Made by a program: the position numbers and the translations under genes | Origin: Eledone cirrhosa | Lineage: Eukaryota | DNA length: 64,000 nucleotides | NCBI GenBank assembly: GCA_964016885.1 | Contig: OZ024745.1 | Coordinates: 29,264,001 to 29,328,000, forward strand | Reading direction: 5' to 3' | The notes under the pieces: model-generated | The model's database searches: none | What the model saw: the letters and a program-made list of their open reading frames with translations, nothing else | Told to the model about the DNA's origin: nothing | In this document: positions 53,464 to 64,000 of the stretch, in pieces | Numbering within the stretch: position 1 is the stretch's first letter | Layout of the letters: each line of letters opens with the position of its first letter

Positions 53464-54502
53464 TTGCCCCAAATGCAAACAATGGGTACACAAGAGATGT
53501 AGCGGGATCTCAGGAAGCTTAATTAAGAATGTAGGATTCACATGCAGCAGCTGTGCTGAAACAGCAAGCAAACAGCCACAGGAAACAAGTACCACCAATC
53601 TCTGGGAGGGCCCTGTAGAAACAGTAGACAGCTTCTGCTACCTAGGTGACCGAATTAGCAACGGAGGTGGGTGCTCAGAAAGTACAATAACTAGGGTAAG
53701 AACGGGATGGAAGAAGTTTAGGGAACTACTACCACTGCTAGCTGCAAAAGGCTTCTCCCTCAGAATGAAAGGCAGACTGTATGATGCGTGTATCCGAACA
53801 GCGATGTTGCATGGTAGTGAGACCTGGGCGCTGAAGGTGGAAGACTTACGTAGATTAGAGAGAAACGAAGCCTGCATGCTCCGATGGATGTGTAACAGTA
53901 ATATACGTGAACGACAATGCATAAATGAATTGAGAGAGAGACTGAGCATAAGAGGAATCAAATGCTGCGTGCAGGAGAGGCGGTTACGCTGGTATGGACA
54001 TGTGATGCGTATGAAGGATGACAGCTGCATAAAAAGGTGCAGAGCACTAGAAGTTGATGGAAACCGCGGAGTGGGGAGACCCAAGATGACTTGGGATGAG
54101 GTGATAAAAGCCGACCTTACCCAACTACACCTCTCAAAGTCAATGACACACGACCGTGACTTCTGGCGTCACGCAGTAATACAGGGTACCCGACCTCCCA
54201 TGGGTACATGCTGAAGCATATAAACAATATGCCCCCCCCCCCACCGCAAGGTGGTCGTGGAGGTGCCACGGCAAAAAAGCACCCAGCCCACACTGTAAAG
54301 TGGACGTGTAGGCGCCACGAAAAAGCACCCAGCACTCACTGTAAATGAGGTTGGTGTTAGGAAGGGCATCCAGCTGTAGAAATCAAGCCAGATCAGTTCC
54401 TGTATGAGCAAGGCATGGTCAGCCGACCAGACACTGCCCACAACAGGACAACCCGTCTAACCCATGCTAGCGTGGAAGAACGGACGTAAAACGGTGATGA
54501 TG

Positions 54503-54503
<1 letters not shown>
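53464..54503 (+). mobile_element. 5'-truncated RTE LINE (subfamily 2)
   Basis: [40 protein letters not shown]; inverted paralog of 50271-51310. Confidence 0.93.
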
Positions 54504-54534
<31 letters not shown>

Positions 54535-54540
54535 ATATAT

Positions 54541-54729
54541 GAATGAGTAGGACCCCGACGGCCGAGCTCAAGCCGTTTCGACGGCTAATTCTGGACATTA
54601 TTAGCCGTCGAAACGGCTTGAGCTCAGCCGTTGGGTCCTACTCGTTTCTATTACCCACTCTACTACCCTAAGTATTGAGTACTTTGGTGCGTTATGGTCC
54701 ATCTGATTCCTTACCACATTTCCTTCGTT
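54541..54729 (+). mobile_element. Fold-back PLE-like element (family of 40931-41125)
   Basis: Inverted arms around ctggacat and the same tail; (TA)n flanks. Confidence 0.72.
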
Positions 54730-57700
54730 ATATATATATATATATATATATATATAAGAAAGATATGTTTGATCCTGCAATCAGAGGAAACAAAGCTCAG
54801 TATGTTTGGTGATATATATTTTATTATAGCTGTCAAACTATACCAGTAATTCAAATGGCAGGAGTTTTGTGTATGTGGGTACTTATCAAACTGTTTGATA
54901 AGTACCTTTATACACAAAACCCTTGGCCCTCAAGTCACTGGTATAACTTTACAGTTATAATAGACTATATCTAATTATTTTACCTGCATTTTATTCCCAT
55001 GGCTAGACAGGTCATTGCAGACCAAGAGGCAATACTTAATCACAGCTCCAGTCCTTCTAGACAGGCTGAGGACTTCGTCATGTTGACATATATTCCACTT
55101 TTGGTATGGGTTACTACATACATGGATGTCATTTCTAACACTAATCACTTTACAGAGTATGCTGGGTGCATTATTACACCATGACAGCAGAAGTAGAGAG
55201 GTTGTCAGGTTTTTGACACAACTGAAACGTCATTTCTACACTATGTTACTGTTACGTATCATCATGGTTTAACATATGTTTTCCAAGCTGGCATGGATTA
55301 CATGGGAATATATATATACACACACACTTACACACACACGCACACACACACACACACGTTGTTTACATCAATGACTTTTCTACATTGAATATGCAACAGC
55401 CTGACTTGATCAGCACATATGGCCATATATATAATACATATACACATACATACACGTATGTGGACACACTCATATATATAGATACACACATGCATACATA
55501 CACTACACACATATTGTTAACAACGCACTTCACTATACCAGAGTTATGTGTCTATTAGGAGTGACTGTCTTCTTTCATCTCTCTCTCTCCACCTTTATAT
55601 ATATCCTCTCTCTCTCTCTGCCATTATATATATATAATGGCAGAGAGAGAGAGTACCAGTAATGCACTGGGTAATTGCTGGCCTTGTGCCAAAAGTAGAA
55701 ACAATTAATGGTGGTGAATTGGCAGTATCGGTAGAGGGTCGGACGCCATGCTTTGATGCATAGAGTTACAGCCCTTGCCATTCTGAGTTCAAATCCCGCC
55801 AAGGTTTACTTTGCCTTTCTTCCTTACAGGGTCGATAAAATAAAGTACCAGTAATGTACTGGGTAATTGCTGGCCTTGTGCCAATAGTAGAAACAATTAT
55901 ATATATATAATGGGAGGTGGATTGGCAGTATCAGTAGGGAGTCAGACACCATGCTTTGAAGCATAGAGTTACGTCCCTTTATGATCTGAGTTCAAATCCC
56001 GCCGAGGTTAACTTTGCCTTTCATCCTTACAGGGTCGATAAAATAAAGTACAAGTAATGTACTGGGTAATTGCTGGCCTTGTGCCCAAAATAGAAGCACT
56101 TATATATATATATAAAATGGAACAGATGATCAAGATGTGGTCATTTGACTTGCCTGAAAACCTGTGCAACCCATGCCACCATGGAAAATAGACATAAAAT
56201 GGTGATTTATACATACATAGATACATATATATATATATGTTGTAGGTGTCATGACAAAAAGCACCTAGTACTCACTGTAAATGAGGTTGGCACTAGGAAG
56301 GGCATCCAGCTGTAGAAACCAAGCCAAAATCAGTTCTGTATGAGCATGACATGGTCACCTGATCTGGTATTGCTCACAACAGGACAACTCATCTAACCCA
56401 TGTCACTGGGAAAATGGGTGTTAAACGGTTGCTTCTGACTCTGTCCCCACAACCCTCACAAGAATATGTGGATGAAGATCACTTAGCAGGCATGGCTGAG
56501 TATTTAAGAATCCCCCTTCACAATTATAAGTTCTTTGGTTTATTCCCACTGAGTGGTTTGTTGGGCAAGTGTAATTTACTGTAGCTCTGGGTCAACCTGA
56601 TTTACAGTGAAATTGGGCAGGGCAGACAACAATATTTAGAAGTTTGTCTGATGGATTCTACCTATAATTCAGAGTGTCACACACTCTGTCATACTGAATC
56701 TCCTTGCTTAATCACATTGTGTGGATCTGTGGAATACTCGACCACTTACACATTAATTTGATGAGTAAGGTATTCAGTTGATTAGGATTTGTGCCTGTCT
56801 ACCATTGAAAACTGATGAAGGATCCATCAGGGGTGTTGTGTCTATTGCTTTCTTAAGCTACCCCAACCCCTTGCACACCCACCCATCTCTACTTTTCACC
56901 TACCCCCACTCCTCATTTACTCCATGTACTCCTCACTTATTCTTTTCCACTCCTCATCCATAGAAGTTTGGGTAGAGAGGAGATTACAGTGGGAGCTAGT
57001 TGTCATGAAGAAGGATTTGGTGAACATGTGTTCACTACAGTGTTTGTGGCAAAGAAAGGTTTTCTTATATTCTTACTGTTAGTAATATCTTTGTATCATT
57101 TGTGCACATTGGCAAAAAATGTGGACAGGGACTGTGTGGAAACCTGTTGGAGGGATTGTAACTGGAATTCAAAGGTGATACTGCCACCATCACCACCACC
57201 AACACCATCATGATGATGACCTCTGCCACCACCACCACCACAACAACACTATCATAATGACTATTGTCACCCCCTCCCAACACTACCATCATGCCCACCA
57301 CCACCACCACTGCTGCCATGTCGTTGACAACCACCACTGCTACCTAAACCATGCCATGACCATCACTACCTATATCACCACCATCACTACCTATATCACC
57401 ACCATCACTACCTATATCACCACCATCACCGCCACCACCAAATATAACGACAGCAATAGTACCACTACCACCACAACCACTCCCGCTACCACTACTCCCA
57501 CTGCTACCACTCCCACTGCTTCTACTCCCACTATCACATTCTTTACACCTACATAGTTATGCGCACCTTTCCAAGTGAATCACTGTCACACTACATTTCA
57601 CAATAGCTGGTTCATGTCACATAAAACAGGTTCCCCCACCCCCGTCTCCAATTGAATCATACTTAACCGTAGTGACTGTTTGTGTGTCCTACTTCACATA

Positions 57701-58964
57701 TTTACAATTGTATAGACTAGGTGAGGTCAACCCAGTTTCTCTCATTATATACCTGTCGTGGTGGTAGTGGAGTGGTAGGATGGTGGTGATAGGTTGGCAG
57801 AATCATTGTTTAAATCTTGCTGAGTTTAACTTTGTCTTTAAAACTTCTGGAGGTTGATAAAATAAAGTACCAGTCATACATTGGGGTTGTTTGTTGCTGT
57901 TAGACTTTAATCAATGTGGTTGATACAATCAACAAAACAACATCATTTGGTTGGCCTGGATCGAGTGGTGTAGCAGTGTTGTTTCAAAAAGGGTTGGACA
58001 TAGAAATAAAGAACAGTTTTCTGAGATCTGGATGGTAGATGGGTGGTGCTGGTACTTTCAGACTTGGTAGCTGTGTATGCCATAACAGGAGCTGGGGGAG
58101 GGGTGGACGAACTTCTTCAGATGCTTAGAGATGTTCCTTTGAACATCTTATTAGTACTAGTGAGCAATTGGAATGACAGTTTGAAAACGCACACAAATTG
58201 TGTGGAAACAATTGATAGAAGATAGGCGTGAAAAAGCCTTGCCAACATTCTCAACGTTTTCCAATTGTCTGACAGGTGTCGCCTCAATTTTTCAGATGAG
58301 CCAATGTGGACTTGGACAAATTGCAGGGGTTGTCTAGTTCATACTTAGAATTTCCATTAGATTAGCAAATAGAAATAATGTAAGTAACCCACAACATTTG
58401 ATAGTTGGCTACATAGGTGACAAACTTGTGACTTGTACAGTCAATTTAGAACACACCATCATATAGGAACCTAGTTACTAGAAGTTAAACATGTTTCTTC
58501 TAGTGTAGAGAGATATCAGGGACTGGATCAGTGAAGTAGTTTGGTGAGAATTGACAGAAGCTATAATCAACAATAGGTGGCGGGGGGGTCTCATTAAAGA
58601 ATAAAATAAAATATACATCAGTTAGCTTTAGCCAGAGAAAATGGTAGAATAGAGAAAGAGTTACTTAGAAGAGGTATCACAAATGATCTGCTAATGGTGA
58701 TACCACCACTACTAATAATTGTTTCTACTTTAGGCACAAGGCCAGCAATTACCCAGTACATTACTGGTACTTTATTTTATCGACCCCGTAAGGATGAAAG
58801 GCAAAGTTAACCTCGGCGGGATTTGAACTCAGATCATAAAGGGCCGTAACACTTTGCTGCAAAGCATGGCGTCCGACCCTCTACCGATACTGCCACTCCA
58901 TCGCCATATTTTATCTACTAATAATAACAACAAAACTGACCGCCACTAATCACAAAGTTCCTTC

Positions 58965-59380
58965 AGTACCAACACTACTACCACCACTATCATCATCAAT
59001 ACCACCACCACCAACAACAACCTCACCACCACTACCAAGTACAATACTAGTACCACCACTACCAACATCACCATGTACAACATGTGTACCACCACTTCCA
59101 CCACCAGCCTCACCATGTACAACAACATCAGTACCACCACCATCACCATGTACAACATCAGTACCACCACCACCATCACCGCAACATCAGTACCACCACC
59201 ACCATCACCACAACATCAGTACCACCACCACCATCACCACAACATCAGTACCACCACCACCACCACCACCACAACATCAGTACCATCACCACCACAACCA
59301 TCACCATGTATAACAAATCAGTACCACCACCACCACCACCATGTACAACAACATCAGTACCATCACCACCACCACCATCA
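58965..59380 (+). repeat. CAC-rich minisatellite (caacatcagtaccaccaccacc)
   Basis: Directly visible. Confidence 0.8.
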
Positions 59381-60459
59381 GGAGTTGTTGGTTACAGAAG
59401 AAGACACATAATATTCAATACAATTGGTGTTTCTAACCTTCGATATTCATATTGTACGTTGATGCAGAACTAATGTAGCAAAGCCACAAAGCCACTGGAG
59501 ATTTGGCTTGGATTGCTACAACAAATAATTATAGAGCTATGATGTTCGTTGTGTTAATTGCTCGTTACTGAAGGCCTGTACTTAGCATTAGCAAAGACTA
59601 ACATGCAATTAGTGAATTGATCAAACTTAATTCTTGCTCTCCTCCTTGAATAAATTTGGTTTTAGCTAAGTGTCTGCTAAATGTCTTAGAATATTTGTAT
59701 ATATGGCAGTGAATAGGTTGTGTCATTAGCTTGTCAGATTAAGCATTTGTTCCAGCTCACTGTTGTCTGAGTTCAAATCCTGCTGAGGTCAGCTTTTCCT
59801 TTTATCCTTTTGTGTGCCATAAATAAAGTACCTGTCATGTTTAGGGGATCAATTCTTCCTCTATCTTGCTCTCATTTCTTCTCTCCCTCACACTCACTTA
59901 CTTACTCACTCTCTCTCTCTCTCTCTCACACACACACTCATATACACTCTTACATACATTCTTTCTCACACACTATCTCCCTCACTCAGCCTCTTTCACT
60001 CACACTCACTCTCTCACAAAAAAGAAGAAATCAACTATGTTCAGACCAGGAGAGTAAAAGGCTCTGCCATGTTTAAAACGCCCAAGATTCCATTAAGAGT
60101 TGGCCCCTATTCCTATATATGTCTATGTTCCTGCTGCCCATATTATAGTGAAGGTATGTGACTTAGAAGTTAGTTGATTGAGTTCACAATGGTAAGATTG
60201 TGTGTTTGATTTCTTGACTGGGTGATGTGCTGTATCCTTGAGCAAAATTCTTTATATTTTGTCCAAACACATACACATCTCAATTGACTCTAGGTGCAGA
60301 TATGGATGATGAACGTTGAGTGAAGAAGGGGAAAGAAGTCTCTGTGAGGGAGCTATAGTAGAGGAAGGTCCAAGAACGACCTGGGCAGAGGGTGTGGGAG
60401 CTGACTTATAATCACTGAATCTCAAGAATGGAAAAACAAACATAAAATGGTGATGATGA

Positions 60460-61008
<549 letters not shown>

Positions 61009-61324
61009 TATGTTTGTGTCTCTGTGTTTGTTTACTATTTGTTTATGTCCCATAACCTAGCTGTTCAATGAAAAGAGATTGATAAAATAAATATGAGTCA
61101 ATATGATCGACAAAATCCCTTCAAGGTGGTGCCTCAGCATGACTTCAGTCTAATGACTGAAACTAGTAAAAGATTATATTATTCGTTACTAGTAGACCAA
61201 TGGCATCAATAATAGTGTTGCTTGTATTTATATTTTGGAGTCCAGAATTGGTATGTTATATATACTAGGATTACCTAGTACTAGGGTTGTCTTTGTCTTA
61301 TGATATGGCACAGTTTTGTAAGTT

Positions 61325-61520
61325 GGTGTACAGTCTTCTTTTGTTCCGGCTCTCTATCCAAAGCTTCACAACTTTCTCCAATACCTCCTTACAGTCAGCA
61401 GCACTGACCTTGAAGACCTGAGAAAAGAAAAGGGGAGGCATGACATCTCCCCTGATGCTCAAGACTCCCAGATCCATCACAGTTGCTGGAAACTTTGTGT
61501 GAATGACTGTTGGAACATCT
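61325..61520 (-). pseudogene. Tc1/mariner-superfamily transposase relic
   Basis: DVPTVIHTKFPATVMDLGVLS..GDVMPPLFF.Q..KV.A....EVLEKVVKLWI resembles the catalytic-domain segment K.PA.VMV.G.VS..G.MPP.F....VN...Y..VL..VVKPW. Confidence 0.7.
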
Positions 61521-61984
61521 TTAGAAATAACAATCCAAAAAAGTTAGAAAAAGGTTAGAGCTATTAAGACGTGTCCTCAAAGAACTGAGCAACCCTGTAT
61601 ATATAAATTGTTTGTCCAGCAGAAGTTTATCTCAACTATCAAATCTATATTATTCAACAATTACTTGAGTTGTTTGTTTTTCCAGATATCTTTAACAAGT
61701 CAACCATCTGTTACTTATGTTTGGCCTTCTTATTTTATCACTTCCTATATCTCGGCCACATATATATATATGTGTGTGTGTATGTGTACATATGTGGGTG
61801 TTTGGGTATGTGTATATGTGTGTGGATATATATGTATGTGTATGCTTAAGCACATATATATGTGTGTAGAGGTGTGTGGATGTATGTGTGCATGTAATGT
61901 ATAGTGTGTATACATATAAATATATAACAGATGGACATACATGATGCATTACAACTGCACATATTTACGAGCACCACCGTTAGA

Positions 61985-62034
<50 letters not shown>

Positions 62035-62037
<3 letters not shown>

Positions 62038-62403
62038 TCATCATCATCATTTTATGTCCGCTTTTCCCTGCTTGCAAGGGTGGGATGGGAACTGATTCTG
62101 GCTTGATTTCTACAGCTGGATGCCCTTCCTAACACCAACCTCATTTACAGTGAGTGCTGGGTGCTTTTTTTCCATGGTGCCTACACGTCCACTTTACAGT
62201 GTGGGCTGGGTGCTTTTTTGCCGTGACACCTCCACGACCACTTTGCAGTGGAATGATAGGGACCCCAGTCCCTATCATCTCATTTCTGGAGCAATGTGAA
62301 ATAAAGTGTCTTGCTCAAGGAAACAACACATCACCCGGTCTGAGAATTGAACTCACAACCTTTTAATTGCAAGGCCAATGCTCTAACCACTAAGCCATGT
62401 GCC
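62035..62403 (-). mobile_element. Full-length tRNA-SINE, short-tail variant
   Basis: Near-identical to 5918-6292. Confidence 0.88.
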
Positions 62404-62423
62404 TCCATCTGTGTGTGTGTATA

Positions 62424-62487
<64 letters not shown>

Positions 62488-63352
62488 CATATATACACAC
62501 ATTGTTTCTGAGGATAGACAACATAATAGATGTCCTTTTACGGGGTTAATCGTATGGTGTTACATAACATCGATTGATTAGTTTGCACATTGGTCATTTT
62601 TCTTTTTTTTAGTTCTTTGAAACGATGGTAAAACATGTCAGAGTAAAAACAAGAGACACTGTCCTCTCACCCATCCCCTATTTCCTCTACTCTTCCTTCT
62701 CCCCCCACCCTGAAAGATGTGAGGTGTAGCAGTGATCACTGTAACAATAATAAGGTACCACCACCACCACCACCACCCTACCTGCACCAATACCTTAACC
62801 TCCACTATCAATATGTAAAACACCACCAACCACTACCACCACCACTAACTCAGCCACGCCCACCACCACCACCACAAAACTATTCCAGTTCTTGAAATGT
62901 GAGATTATTGAAGCAAATTTAGTTGCAACAGTGTGTTGCTATATATGAAGCTAATGTTATGGGTGTGTGTTCTGTAGTATATGTATATCTGTGTATGTGT
63001 GTCTACTAATGCATATGTAATAGTACGTATGTATGTGTGTAATTTTGTGTGTGTATGTGATGTATTATATGAGTATGTGTCTATTGCAGTACATATATGT
63101 ATGTGTGTCTGATGTGTTGTATGTAGTATATGTATTTAATATGTGTGTGCGCGCGCGCAATGGTATGTATGTGTCTGTGCAGCAGTTCATATGTTTTCAC
63201 TAGTGTGTTGAGCAGTGATATATGTAGTACTGCAGTGTATGTGCTGTGGTACATATGTGTGTGTTGCTGTGCTACATGTGTGTGTGTGTGTTGCTGTGCT
63301 ACATGTTTGTCACTGTTTCCATTACCAGAATATATTCTTGCTTTCATCTTTG

Positions 63353-63568
63353 TTAACCCTTTTGCTACTAACACAACAAAAACTGACTCTGGTTCTGTAA
63401 AACACAACCAACCCATTTTAAAGGGTTTCTATTTATATTAAAATGTACAACATAATTATATTAAAAAGTCATATGTTAAAATGCTATTTTAGTAAATCCC
63501 TTAAAATGTTTCATTAATTAACTGAAAAAGAGTCTATTTCATTAGGAGTATGAGCATGGAAAGGTTAA
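63353..63568. mobile_element. Possible TTAA-flanked MITE (piggyBac-like ends)
   Basis: TTAA-ccctttt ... aaagg-TTAA; related ends near 14751 and 16045. Confidence 0.4.
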
Positions 63569-64000
63569 AGTGTTATTTGAATTAAAATCTTCCAACATAA
63601 TTTCATATAAGAAGCCATTTGTTAAGTTAATATCTTAATAGTTTTAGCAAATAAATTCCTCAAAATTCTTCATTATTTGAAATAGAGAATTTCATTAGGA
63701 ATTTGGTCACGAAATGTTTAATATACCCAATTTCACCACTATTACCTTGCTGTAAACACCACCACCACCACCTCATGCAACCCTTATCACTGCTTTACCA
63801 CCACTACCAGTGCTACCACAACCATCACCTCAATCACCACCTCCACCACTCATAATAACCACCACCACCTCATCCGCCACACCTACCTTCCCACAACCTG
63901 CAGCCTATCACAATGTGTTGCCATGGTTACAGTTTGGTGTCATCTTTAATTTGTTTTAATGAGCCACATAATAGACAAATCTTGTAGCATGATAATGCAT

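Noticed and set aside
59435-59520. Candidate small minus-strand exon or short hairpin
   Set aside because: Splice-like dinucleotides are present but the peptide is unrecognised and the hairpin is too short for a pre-miRNA.

Overview
Eukaryotic, very AT-rich, microsatellite-laden DNA with no recognisable host gene. The repeat repertoire suggests a coleoid cephalopod, probably Octopus (inference). The window is almost entirely transposon relics and simple repeats: an L1/Tx1-like LINE at the left edge, two subfamilies of RTE-clade LINEs with a C4HC3 PHD finger inside the RT C-terminus, partner tRNA-derived SINEs, three Penelope-like (PLE) GIY-YIG fragments, a CRE-like restriction-like-endonuclease relic, mariner/Tc1 and Helitron relics, minisatellites, kb-long (TA)n/(TATG)n fields and a 200-N gap. 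Most ORFs in the supplied track are repeat artefacts. The most notable signals are (i) nine minimal hammerhead-ribozyme motifs in five sequence variants, some degenerate, and (ii) a recurring 'double 3-prime end' architecture. In it, inserts in (TA)n are bounded by two inverted copies of the element's 3' end, one stopping at an internal site and one carrying an extra tail. It is seen in about five PLE-like families and, in related form, in one RTE copy. All calls come from reading the sequence by eye; coordinates of degenerate repeats are approximate.
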